DNA from: a bacterium
GTDB lineage: Bacteria; Patescibacteriota; Minisyncoccia; Phycocordibacterales; UBA5272
NCBI GenBank assembly: GCA_027482685.1
Contig: JAIXVU010000001.1
Location: 64,910-128,909, forward strand
Direction of reading: 5' to 3'
DNA: 64,000 bases
In this document: positions 39,681 through 49,100 of the stretch, piece by piece
Layout of the letters: each line of letters opens with the position of its first letter
Numbering within the stretch: position 1 is the first letter of the stretch
Made by a program: the position numbers and the translations under genes
The notes under the pieces: generated by a model
What the model was told of the DNA's origin: nothing
The model's input: only the letters and a program-made list of their open reading frames with translations
The model's database searches: none

Positions 39681-41106
39681 AGTTACTCTTTATATACTTT
39701 CTCTGCTTCACATATTCAATTAAAAGATTGTAAAACATCTCCTCTTCCTTGTCCTCAGCAACTTTAATAGAGTCACGACCGCTCTCGTCTTTAGTAATTA
39801 AGTACTTCCCCCAGTAAACATTAGAAGTTGTATTATCTGGTACCTTAATACCAAAAGACTTCAGCATGGTTACTGAGTATCTCCCGTAGGGCATTCTTTG
39901 GTCCATTTTTATAGTAGCGTTTTTTATAATTTCTAGCTTCCTTAAGAAAACATCAGTATTTGAAAAACTGTGTATAGTAACCTTTACCGCTATATCGAAT
40001 ATCTTTTGAAAACTATCCGCAAAATGGTCTTCATGATAACTACCTTTTTTTAACTCAAGTAGCTGAAATCTCGTTGCTTTTAGTAATGACCTCAAATTCA
40101 TAATTTCACTATTTATTGCTCTTGAAAAGATATGCCAGAGAAAAAGCTTAATGTACCCACTATTCCCAATAGAAGAACTTAAATTTGGTTCTTCATTCTT
40201 AATACTCATAGCAATTTGCTCAACTGTAGCGAGAATTGCTTTTTTATTATCAAAATAAAATGGACTAACAGTAAAAAACTTGTCCATGTACCCAGAGAAA
40301 TCTGTCTCTGCTCCATACTTATGGTGAAAAAAGTTTTTTAGGTTTGTGTAATCTGCAACAATAACTATTAAATCAAAACCAAATTTATTTTCATGCTCCT
40401 TTTCAAAGTAGGCGGATAATATATTTAATATCCTAAATACGTGCTCAGGGTCTATTCTGTCTAAGTCATCTAAAACAAGAATACTTTTTTTGGTATCTTT
40501 TTGAAGAGTGATTTTTTCTTTCAAGAGATGACTTAGAAAATCTGTTTCAGAAATGTTTTTTGCTTTAATCTGCTCAACATATTTTTCTACTAATGCTTTT
40601 TCTCCGCCTTTATATTCATGCTTAAATTCTTGAAATTCTTTATCTAATTCGAGTAAGTCCTTTAGTGGTCTACCGAGTTTAGTAAGAGAGGATGAAATTG
40701 GGTCTGGAATTGCATCTCCATAGTTTTCTGCAATAGAAAGAGTTGACTGTAAGACAGAATTTACAGTAAATCTATTTCTTGCCCAAGAATAAAAAAGAAG
40801 TGCTGATTCTTTTATTCCATCAACTTTATTACCTTGTAAAATATCCTTATTCTTTTTTAGTAACTCCACAAGAATGTCATATTTTATAAGCTCTAAAATA
40901 TCCTCATTACTGTTAATCTGATAGTTAATAGGATATAAATGAAACACATCATACTTATCTTTTCTGGATTCAAAGAATTCATTTAAGAAAAAAGTCTTTC
41001 CAATGCCGAAAGGTCCAGAGAAAAAAACTCTTGAATTATTTTCCATAACTAAAAAATCTTCAAAAACTTTTTCTACTGTATCAATTGGTATTTTAATATC
41101 TGCCAT
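39661..41106 (-). CDS. KAP-family P-loop NTPase
   Basis: Walker A SGPFGIGKT, Walker B LVLDDLDRIDP, Y.DKFF. Confidence 0.85.
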   Translation of the reverse strand: MADIKIPIDTVEKVFEDFLVMENNSRVFFSGPFGIGKTFFLNEFFESRKDKYDVFHLYPINYQINSNEDILELIKYDILVELLKKNKDILQGNKVDGIKESALLFYSWARNRFTVNSVLQSTLSIAENYGDAIPDPISSSLTKLGRPLKDLLELDKEFQEFKHEYKGGEKALVEKYVEQIKAKNISETDFLSHLLKEKITLQKDTKKSILVLDDLDRIDPEHVFRILNILSAYFEKEHENKFGFDLIVIVADYTNLKNFFHHKYGAETDFSGYMDKFFTVSPFYFDNKKAILATVEQIAMSIKNEEPNLSSSIGNSGYIKLFLWHIFSRAINSEIMNLRSLLKATRFQLLELKKGSYHEDHFADSFQKIFDIAVKVTIHSFSNTDVFLRKLEIIKNATIKMDQRMPYGRYSVTMLKSFGIKVPDNTTSNVYWGKYLITKDESGRDSIKVAEDKEEEMFYNLLIEYVKQRKYIKSNYGDYEN

Positions 41107-41111
41107 AGAAA

Positions 41112-42578
41112 CTAAATAATCTTTTTAATTAAATTAAGGATATCTTCACTCTCTTTATCTAAAGCTTTCATTTCTTTCAAAATATCTTCAGGTGTTCGTA
41201 GTACTGTTTCCTCTTTTTTATTTGGGTTCTTAGCACTCAAATCAAAAGTTTTTTGGTCTATATCTTTCACGTTTACACTCCATGAGTTTTCACTCTCAGC
41301 TTTTGTTTTTTGAAGCTTAATAAAATCTTCTAAATCTTTTTCACTAAGTGAGTTTGTTTTACCTAAATTTCTATCTAAGTTAAGGTGGTAGAACCAAACC
41401 TTCTTTGTGGATGATCCTTTTTCAAAAAATAACACAACTGTTTTTACTCCTGCTCCAGTAAAAGTTCCAGCAGGTAAATCAAGTACAGTATGCAGGTTGC
41501 AATTTTCTAACAATAACTTTCTTAAGCTAACAGTTGCATTATCTGTATTACTTAGGAATGTATTTTTAATAACGACGCCACCTTTACCTCCAGCTTTTAA
41601 TATCTTGATAAAATGCTGTAAGAAAAGAGATGCTGTTTCTCCTGTTTTAATTGGAAAATTTTGTTGTACTTCTGCTCGTTCTTTTCCGCCAAATGGAGGG
41701 TTTGCTAATACGATATTATAACGGTCTTTCTCTTGTATGTCTGCAAGATTTTCAGCAAGGGTATTGGTATGGATAATATTCGGAGCTTCTATACCATGTA
41801 AAATCATATTCATCGTACCGATGATATAAGCAAGAGATTTCTTTTCCTTTCCATAGAAAGTTTTCTTTTGTAAAATTTCTACATCTTTTGTTGTGAGGTT
41901 TTTACTCTTCTTTAAATAATCAAAAGCTTCACATAAAAACCCAGCACTACCTACTGCACCATCATAAATAGTGTCACCAATTTTTGGAGCAACTACTTTA
42001 ACAATAGTAGTAATGAGTGGTCGTGGAGTATAGTACTCACCACCATTACGCCCAGCGTTCCCCATGTTCTGTATTTTAGATTCATACAAATGACTCATCT
42101 CATGCTTTTCAGCGTGGGTACGGAAACGAAGTTCGTCTATACGATTAATAACTTCACGTAAGTTGTAACCACTATGAATTCTATTTTTTAATTCAGAAAA
42201 AATCTCACCAATCTTATATTCAATAGTATCTGGACTTTCAGCACTTGTTTTAAATTTCTTAAGATAAGGGAAGAGCTTATGATCAACAAAATCTTTCAGA
42301 TCATCTCCTGTTAATTCTTTATGATGATCAAGTTTCCCTGTCTTATCCTTTGGGGTAGCCCACGTAGTCCAACTATATTCAGGAGATATAATATTAGTAT
42401 ATTTTTTTCCTGCAAGTTCAGCCGCTGTTTTCTTGTCTTTCTCTAAATCGTCTAGATACTTCAAAAACAAGACCCATGAGGTTTGTTCAACATAATCAAG
42501 CTCACTTCCGCATCCTGCATCTTTGTGTAAGATGTCGTCTATATTCTTAAAAGTTTGTTCAAACATAAATTTACTCAT
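41112..42578 (-). CDS. hsdM: Type I R-M N6-adenine methyltransferase
   Basis: GEYYTPRPLI, DGAVGSAGF, NPPF. Confidence 0.95.
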   Translation of the reverse strand: MSKFMFEQTFKNIDDILHKDAGCGSELDYVEQTSWVLFLKYLDDLEKDKKTAAELAGKKYTNIISPEYSWTTWATPKDKTGKLDHHKELTGDDLKDFVDHKLFPYLKKFKTSAESPDTIEYKIGEIFSELKNRIHSGYNLREVINRIDELRFRTHAEKHEMSHLYESKIQNMGNAGRNGGEYYTPRPLITTIVKVVAPKIGDTIYDGAVGSAGFLCEAFDYLKKSKNLTTKDVEILQKKTFYGKEKKSLAYIIGTMNMILHGIEAPNIIHTNTLAENLADIQEKDRYNIVLANPPFGGKERAEVQQNFPIKTGETASLFLQHFIKILKAGGKGGVVIKNTFLSNTDNATVSLRKLLLENCNLHTVLDLPAGTFTGAGVKTVVLFFEKGSSTKKVWFYHLNLDRNLGKTNSLSEKDLEDFIKLQKTKAESENSWSVNVKDIDQKTFDLSAKNPNKKEETVLRTPEDILKEMKALDKESEDILNLIKKII

Positions 42579-42591
42579 AATTATATCACTT

Positions 42592-43941
42592 TTAACTAGC
42601 TCGGACTAACTCAATTTCGCTTATATAAATCTTTTTATCTGATAGCAAAATTTTGCTTTTCAAACACCCTAACAACTCTCGTTTCTCTATATCCTTTCCA
42701 TCTCTCAAAATATACTTCGCATAATTTCGTATATCTACATCACCTACACTAGTACTATCCTTAACCCCTAAAACACCTATCTGAAAGCGTTTGAATCTAT
42801 TAACCTCATCTTTTATCTTCTCTTTCATTCCTATCTCGTCTAGGTCAATTTTATCGAACACCTCTTCTAACTGTTTAATAAGATCATCTTCATTAAGGTA
42901 TCCACTTTTACAATGTCTATCCCTCACCTTATTACACCCATAATAGACATATCTATGAATATTCCCATTCTTCTGTTTCTTTAACTTTTCATCGGCACAT
43001 ACTCCTGAACCACATAAACCACAGGTCATAAGTTTAGTGAAAGCAAATTCTTTACTTCCGAATTCTGTTTTTGTAATCTGTCGTGTTATCTGTACTTGGA
43101 CAAGATCAAAGAGTTCTTTTGTGATTAATGGCTCATGTGATCCTTTATACCAGTTACCACTCTTTTTAGGATATTCAAATTCTCCGTAATAGAAAGTATT
43201 TCTTAAGAGGATATGTATCGTACTTAACGTAAGCCCTTTATTACTACTTACCGATCTAAAATTAAGATCAAACTTTAACCAATGATACACTTTTCTACCA
43301 CTCCATTTTTCGTAAGCAACTTTCTCAAACATTTGTTTCATTATATGACCTCTCTCTGGATCAATATATGTCTGACATTTTCTATCTATTCTTTTTTCTT
43401 TAAGATAACCAGTAGGAGCAGGTGCTGGCCATAAACCCATTTCTACTCTTGTCTTTAAACCTCTCTTAACATTAATACTTTTATTATCATTTTCTAACTT
43501 CGCTTGAGAACAAAGAATCATTAATAAAAACTTTTCATTTGGGGAATTAGAAAATGTTTGTCCATAAGTTCTAATTTGAAGAAGTAACTTTTGATCCATT
43601 AAATCAACAAGCGACCCTAGGTCGCCTGCATTTCTACTTAATCTATCTGGTGCCCATGTCAGCACTCCGTTATATCTACCAATTCGTATATCTTCTAAAA
43701 TTTCTTTAAACACTGGTCGCTGTCCTGATTCTTTCGCTGAATGAGATTCTCGTCTAATATCAATAATTTCTAAACCTTCTCTTTCTGCTAACGAAAGCAT
43801 TTCTTTAATTTGTGAATCAATAGAAAGAATTTGTCTTTCTTCTGATTCAGTACTTTTTCTACTATATAAAACATATTTGATTTTTGTTGTTGGAATAACA
43901 GCCATATTACCTATTAGTCCAAATGGTGCTTGTTGTTGCAT
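42592..43941 (-). CDS. Large serine recombinase (resolvase + recombinase + zinc ribbon)
   Basis: YSRKSTES..RQ, DRLSRN, P.GY, CGLCG...YYGC. Confidence 0.93.
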   Translation of the reverse strand: MQQQAPFGLIGNMAVIPTTKIKYVLYSRKSTESEERQILSIDSQIKEMLSLAEREGLEIIDIRRESHSAKESGQRPVFKEILEDIRIGRYNGVLTWAPDRLSRNAGDLGSLVDLMDQKLLLQIRTYGQTFSNSPNEKFLLMILCSQAKLENDNKSINVKRGLKTRVEMGLWPAPAPTGYLKEKRIDRKCQTYIDPERGHIMKQMFEKVAYEKWSGRKVYHWLKFDLNFRSVSSNKGLTLSTIHILLRNTFYYGEFEYPKKSGNWYKGSHEPLITKELFDLVQVQITRQITKTEFGSKEFAFTKLMTCGLCGSGVCADEKLKKQKNGNIHRYVYYGCNKVRDRHCKSGYLNEDDLIKQLEEVFDKIDLDEIGMKEKIKDEVNRFKRFQIGVLGVKDSTSVGDVDIRNYAKYILRDGKDIEKRELLGCLKSKILLSDKKIYISEIELVRAS

Positions 43942-44103
43942 ATATATATTAATGACAGAACCATAATCCCTGCATAGTCTATGCAGAACTAAAAAAGGCG
44001 ACATTGTGAGAGATTTATTTGTCTACAAAAATGCCTTAGCAAAAGACCTTTTATGCGATATAATCAATAGATTAATACAAGAGTATTAAGAGAAAAAATT
44101 TGC

Positions 44104-44282
44104 AGTAGCCTAACCCTTTAAGTAATTAAAGGTATGGTGAAAAAGTCCTATCAGATCAAAAACCCCATCATGTGGGCTTTGCTCTGATAGGCCATATCTG
44201 GAAACGGATATGAAGGTCGCAAGACCTTACTCACGTGGTGGGATTTTTGCTTCCCAACGAGAGATTACTAAGTCCTATCAGA
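44104..44282 (+). ncRNA. Candidate structured RNA / cis-regulatory leader
   Basis: Five adjacent hairpins, three capped by GNRA tetraloops; TATAAT at 44059-44064. Confidence 0.6.
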
Positions 44283-44287
44283 CATAT

Positions 44288-45040
44288 ATGAACCAATCAG
44301 CATCTCCTTTTGGAGATAATTTTAGATATTTAGTAGAAGAACGAATCAAAAACTTTTGGGGATATGGTAACTTTAAAAGTGATATATGGTTTGTCGGAAT
44401 GGAAGAAGGTCACAGTGGAGATATTGAAAGTTTAGTTAAAAGATTAGAAGCTACGAAAGACAAAGAGACTCTGGATATCTATGATGACATGAAGCATGAT
44501 GTTGCTCATATGAAGTGGTTTGAAGAAGGAGCGAAAACTCAAGCAACGTATCGTCGACTAATTTATATATTACTCTATCTTAAAAACAAGGTAGAGCCGA
44601 CATTAGAGGAGATAAGACAATTTCAAATAAAAGAATTTGGTAGAAAAACATCAAATCATACAGCTCTTGAATTAATGCCACTTCCTGCAAAATCTATTAA
44701 TGCAAAAGATTGGGTATATAAGGAAGCGAATATAGAAGGATTGAATACTCGAAAAGAATATTTAGCAACATATAGACCAAGACGTATAGCACGACTTCGT
44801 GAATTAATTTCTATACATAAACCAAAGATTGTTATTTTCTACTCAAGGGTATATTTACCAGAATGGAGAGAAACGATACCTGTACCTTTAGAAGAAATTA
44901 AGGATACTAAACTTCATATAGCAAAAGACCACAACACGTTATATGTTGTAGTCCCTCACTCAACCTCTTACGGCATATCACTTAGTGATTGGAAGAAGAT
45001 TGCAGAAACATTAGTTAGTCACCATAGTCATCATCATTAA
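44288..45040 (+). CDS. Uracil-DNA glycosylase-like superfamily protein (tentative)
   Basis: FWGYGN..SDIWFVGMEEG, ELMPLP, KPKIVIFY, VVPHS pattern. Confidence 0.55.
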   Translation: MNQSASPFGDNFRYLVEERIKNFWGYGNFKSDIWFVGMEEGHSGDIESLVKRLEATKDKETLDIYDDMKHDVAHMKWFEEGAKTQATYRRLIYILLYLKNKVEPTLEEIRQFQIKEFGRKTSNHTALELMPLPAKSINAKDWVYKEANIEGLNTRKEYLATYRPRRIARLRELISIHKPKIVIFYSRVYLPEWRETIPVPLEEIKDTKLHIAKDHNTLYVVVPHSTSYGISLSDWKKIAETLVSHHSHHH

Positions 45041-45422
45041 TATCGCCAACTACATTTGACGGCATATTTAATGGATCAACGGTATCAATAGTAATTGAAG
45101 TAATTGGTACAAACGGTTTCTTCCAAAAATCTTTTGGTCGTGGTCGCATGTACTCTTTTTTTTGGTTATCAAGATAATACTGGATAGCTCTCAAACTTCC
45201 ATTATTGATATGAGAGATAAGTTTACTCTCTGCAAGATCTATAATAGAGTCAGTCCCACACAAAAGAGCAAGATCTACACTTTCTTGAAACTCTGGATCA
45301 TCTTTACACCAACGATAGATTGTATTCCTCGCTAATCCTACTTTCTCGCAGGCGAGAGAAATATTGGGAACGGTGTTAAGTTGTTCAAGAAAAGCTTTTA
45401 CCTTTTTATCCTTTTTCGCCAT
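45015..45422 (-). CDS. Phage terminase small-subunit-like HTH protein
   Basis: FLEQL...NISLACEKVGLARNTIYRW..DDPEF...AESKL...AIQYYL. Confidence 0.65.
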   Translation of the reverse strand: MAKKDKKVKAFLEQLNTVPNISLACEKVGLARNTIYRWCKDDPEFQESVDLALLCGTDSIIDLAESKLISHINNGSLRAIQYYLDNQKKEYMRPRPKDFWKKPFVPITSITIDTVDPLNMPSNVVGDINDDDYGD

Positions 45423-46692
45423 TTCGGATAACCTTTGCCTTTTTGCCTGTTAATGCTTCGTAACGTCGTATTGTTAAGTCACAAAATATTGGTTCAATCT
45501 CTACAGCATATACTCTACGCTTAAGATTTAGACCAGCCATAATTGTACTTCCTGAACCAGAGAAACTATCGAGAATGATGTCTGTCATTTTTGTACAACG
45601 GCGGATTGCCTTTTCGTATACTTCAGGTGGCTTCATTGTACTGTGTTCGTATTCGTTGCCAGAGAGACGCTTTTCCATCCATACAGTTAGATAATCGTGT
45701 GCTTGTTGTAACAAATCGTTACCTGTTGTCGTGTCGTTATTCATGACTTCATTTAGATCATTCACACCCTTTACGATATATGGCTTACCACGAGTGCCGT
45801 AGGTACAAGGTTCGTAACACTTGTTGAAAGCGACAGATGGGACGGGGTTCTGGGAATTTTTAAGCCATAAACATACTCGACGATTAATAATGCCAAATTC
45901 ACGATACAAAGTTTGTATGAGCCATATATACGCTTGATCGGACCAATAAAATATATGAGCATTTTCCTTGGTTACAGAAAGTGCAGCGACCATGCTCTTT
46001 CTTAAGAAGTCTGAGTATTCCTTGTCTGTCTTGTTGTCATCGACGGTACCACCGTAATTCTGCTTGCCACCAATTCCACTGTTATAGTTTACAGATATAT
46101 TGTAAATTGGATCTGAGATTATCATAGAAGCACGTTCGTCACCAAAGAGCTTTTGAAGTGTCTCTGGAAGAGTGGAATCTCCACATATCAATCGGCAGTC
46201 CCCAAGTTCTATGATATCGCCAACTTGGGTTGTTGCTTTCTTAAGCTTAATCTTCTCAAGTTCGACCTCTGGAGAAAACTTTCCTTGATCGAGTGTTCTG
46301 TTCCAAATATCGTCGAGTTGTTGTTGGTCAAAGCCGATATCAAGAAGTAGATCAAAATCTAATCGTTGGAGCTTGTCGATATCAAACTCACCAGTATTTT
46401 TGCTGAGTCGGACATTCAATTCCTTTTCTTTTTCAAGATCTGAAATATTTACGAAGACAACTGGAACTTCTACCATCTTGAGTTCCTTTGCTACTTCAAG
46501 ACGGAAGTCTCCTCCGATAACGGTATTCTCTCGACCTTTAGCACTGTTACAGATTATCGGATCCACGAATCCGAATCGCTTGATACTCTCTTTAAGCTGA
46601 TTTGCTTGTTCCGTTGTATGTTTGCGAGGATTGTACTCAGATGGATTAAGATTGGTAATCGGGAGATAAACGACTTTAATGTTGTTAGTCAT
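45406..46692 (-). CDS. ParB-like N-terminal domain + N4/N6 DNA methyltransferase (phage type)
   Basis: YNPRKH..SIKRFGFVDPII; RLICGDS, SDPIYN, HSTMKP, ILDSFSGSGST. Confidence 0.88.
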   Translation of the reverse strand: MTNNIKVVYLPITNLNPSEYNPRKHTTEQANQLKESIKRFGFVDPIICNSAKGRENTVIGGDFRLEVAKELKMVEVPVVFVNISDLEKEKELNVRLSKNTGEFDIDKLQRLDFDLLLDIGFDQQQLDDIWNRTLDQGKFSPEVELEKIKLKKATTQVGDIIELGDCRLICGDSTLPETLQKLFGDERASMIISDPIYNISVNYNSGIGGKQNYGGTVDDNKTDKEYSDFLRKSMVAALSVTKENAHIFYWSDQAYIWLIQTLYREFGIINRRVCLWLKNSQNPVPSVAFNKCYEPCTYGTRGKPYIVKGVNDLNEVMNNDTTTGNDLLQQAHDYLTVWMEKRLSGNEYEHSTMKPPEVYEKAIRRCTKMTDIILDSFSGSGSTIMAGLNLKRRVYAVEIEPIFCDLTIRRYEALTGKKAKVIRNGEKG

Positions 46693-46696
46693 AAAA

Positions 46697-47074
46697 TTAT
46701 TTGTTTAGATCTACTCCACCTAGCTGTAAGAACATTTTTATGTGTCCAATTTTACCATCGCCAGTTGCTTGCTCATAAAGTGAATTAATGACTTCAGGAA
46801 TTCTATCCTTAATCCATCCAGAGATGTTCTTTTGAACAAAGAACGCAAACTTTGGGTGATGCTTCCAGTCTGTTAAGGTGTCTTCGCAAACTCCGACTGA
46901 TGAAGCAAATTCTTTCTGAGTTTTCATCTCGCGAAAATCTCGTGGAGTTGAGTACCACTCAGTGAATTTTAGGAATTCAGGCACATTGTAAATATCTGAG
47001 ATAACTATCGAAATATCGGAGTAAATCGGATTTGTTTCTGTAACCTTTGCACTGTCTGTATGAATTTCTTTCAT
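46697..47074 (-). CDS. Phage-type HTH protein (TerS/phBC6A51-like)
   Basis: TQKEFA..VGVCEDTLTDWKHHPKF...PEVINSLY. Confidence 0.6.
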   Translation of the reverse strand: MKEIHTDSAKVTETNPIYSDISIVISDIYNVPEFLKFTEWYSTPRDFREMKTQKEFASSVGVCEDTLTDWKHHPKFAFFVQKNISGWIKDRIPEVINSLYEQATGDGKIGHIKMFLQLGGVDLNK

Positions 47075-47279
47075 ATGTTTATTAGAATTAACTTTGAATA
47101 AACAAAAGCTCACGCACCTTGGGTAAGGTTGCGCGAGCTTTTAGTTAAAAAATCACTCGAGATATTGCTTTTGTATACTCATTATATCACACTAATTTTT
47201 CATGCAAGTTTCTTATTTTCAAAGGGTTTTTTAGAATTTTCGCATTAAAAATTCTGTTTGAGAATAGTTTTAAAAAGAT

Positions 47280-47885
47280 CTATACCTGTTCCTTTTCTTG
47301 TTCGTATCTTCGTCTTCTTTCGTCGAGAGTTTCTTCTTCAAATTCCCAATAAACTGGACCTTGTGCAGGATAAGCAACACCTAACGCCATTTGAGCTGCT
47401 TTAGATAGACTCATTGTTACATCATTAAATAGAACATTGGAACCTTCTGTTAAAGTACACGTAACTTCTGGATTTCTTGTGAAAGTAAATACACTGCCAA
47501 CAGGTAATTCATAAGCTTCAAAATCGTATCTCTTTGTGTACCGTCTTGCTTTGATAAGCGCTTTCTTGTCCTCCTCATATTCAACGATATCTCCTTGTGG
47601 AGTAACTTCTCTAACTTCAGCTAATTTAAGTGCAGCAACAACTCGTTCAGGTGTTTCAGTAAAGAACTCTCTGTTCTCAGCAACTCTTGTTCTTCCAAAA
47701 GCTTCATGTAATTTTCTTTCAACGAAATCCATATCATTTACTTCCGAAGCATAGAAAACTTCAAAAGGAAGAGGTACACCTGAAGCTCTAGAAAGCTCCT
47801 TTACTCTTCTATCGAGGTCATTAGTCTTTCCAATCTTTATGTACCCAGGCATTGCCACGTTAGTTAAAATATAGATGATATTCAT
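47280..47885 (-). CDS. GIY-YIG nuclease (T5orf172-like)
   Basis: IIYILTN.AMPGYIKIGKT...RR..EL, VERKLH, NREFF. Confidence 0.88.
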   Translation of the reverse strand: MNIIYILTNVAMPGYIKIGKTNDLDRRVKELSRASGVPLPFEVFYASEVNDMDFVERKLHEAFGRTRVAENREFFTETPERVVAALKLAEVREVTPQGDIVEYEEDKKALIKARRYTKRYDFEAYELPVGSVFTFTRNPEVTCTLTEGSNVLFNDVTMSLSKAAQMALGVAYPAQGPVYWEFEEETLDERRRRYEQEKEQV

Positions 47886-47937
47886 ATTCAGTAATACTAC
47901 CATAAAAACCCTTCCATATAGTTATACTTATATCTAT

Positions 47938-48117
47938 ATGGAACAATATATACATACAAGAAAAGAAGAAGATGAATTAGACTATTTAGCAGAGATATAC
48001 GTGTCAGTATATTTAGAAAATGAAAAAAGTAGATCTTTAGCGAAATTGAATTCTAACGTAGCTAAAAAGCAAGAATCTAATAGTTACCTTACCCAAAATA
48101 GTGACACTAAGCCGTAA
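47938..48117 (+). CDS. Small hypothetical protein
   Basis: TATACT directly upstream; 59 aa. Confidence 0.4.
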   Translation: MEQYIHTRKEEDELDYLAEIYVSVYLENEKSRSLAKLNSNVAKKQESNSYLTQNSDTKP

Positions 48118-48156
48118 ATTAATTTTATGTAAAAAGTGTCACTTTTGTCACTTTTT

Positions 48157-48312
48157 ATGAACAACAAAGATAAAAGAAATCCAAATAACTGGACTAAAGA
48201 AGAAACAGATAACATTGTTAATGCCTTCAAATGGCTTATTGAACAAGACAAAATACAGAACCCAAATCTATATAAAAATAAGCGCTCGGAGAGCGTCGAA
48301 AAGTTAAGTTAA
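48157..48312 (+). CDS. 51-aa hypothetical protein spanning the right direct repeat
   Basis: Hand-translated MNNKDKRNPNNWTKEETDNIVNAFKWLIEQDKIQNPNLYKNKRSESVEKLS. Confidence 0.45.
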   Translation: MNNKDKRNPNNWTKEETDNIVNAFKWLIEQDKIQNPNLYKNKRSESVEKLS

Positions 48313-48388
48313 TAATTAACAAAAAAGCATTACAGGTCTTGACCGTACTTTTTCTGAGCACGTGCCTCTCAGCTGGTATACTTAAATA

Positions 48389-49033
48389 ATGAAACTAACA
48401 TTTGCATACGAAAGAAGTCGTGATATTTGGTGTATCTTGAATTATGGAAAGACTTCCATGAATTCTCCGACACCAACAAAAGTCTACAAAAATTTGATAC
48501 AACAATACGGAAACAACCCATCAGAAAGTGACATAAGTAATTTTGTCGTATCATACATGCCCCTAAATCAGATTAATACTGATGAAATGATAACTGTACT
48601 ACAAAGACAATGGGATACCATTTCATCTGAGTACCAGAATCGTGCAGAAGAAATATTTGGAATCACGTTACCAGATGATGTGACAGCATACATAACAATT
48701 AACGATCGCCGTCCGTACAGTATCCAAGATAATATGTTTTATGTCACTACTGCATATCCTAATGCGACAAATAAAGCCGCAATGCATGAACTCTGGCATT
48801 TCTATACGTAGTATAAATACGGCATGGAATGGGAACAAAAATTAGGTGCTGAAAAATATAATGAACTAAAAGAAGCATTAACAGTTCTCTTGAATGTGGA
48901 GTGTAGAGATTTACTTCCTAGTGGGATTATAGATAGAGGTTATCCTCAGCATCAAGAACTCCGACAAAGGATTCTCGAACTATGGTCTAAAGATAGGAAT
49001 ATGGATAATTTGTGGCAAGTTCTTATGGCATAG
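48389..49033 (+). pseudogene. HExxH-containing protein split by one in-frame TAG (48809-48811)
   Basis: MHELWHFYT-TAG-YKYGMEWEQ: both ORF-track pieces lie in the same frame. Confidence 0.75.
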
Positions 49034-49100
49034 CCGTTCGAATCAAGCTCCAATATCAGAAAAGTTATAACGATCAACACAATCTGGTACACTAGTGGTT

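Larger units (their letters stand above)
33030..48301. mobile_element. AT-rich genomic (defence) island downstream of tRNA-Gln, with large serine recombinase
   Basis: 19-bp direct repeat CGCTCGGAGAGCGTCGAAA at 33030-33048 and 48283-48301; R-M, recombinase and phage-like content. Confidence 0.7.

Noticed and set aside
45015-47885. Complete prophage
   Set aside because: No large terminase, portal, capsid, tail or lysis genes
13953-48811. Stop-codon reassignment explaining the two interrupted genes
   Set aside because: The interruptions use different codons (TAA, TAG), and all three stop codons terminate genes normally elsewhere in the window
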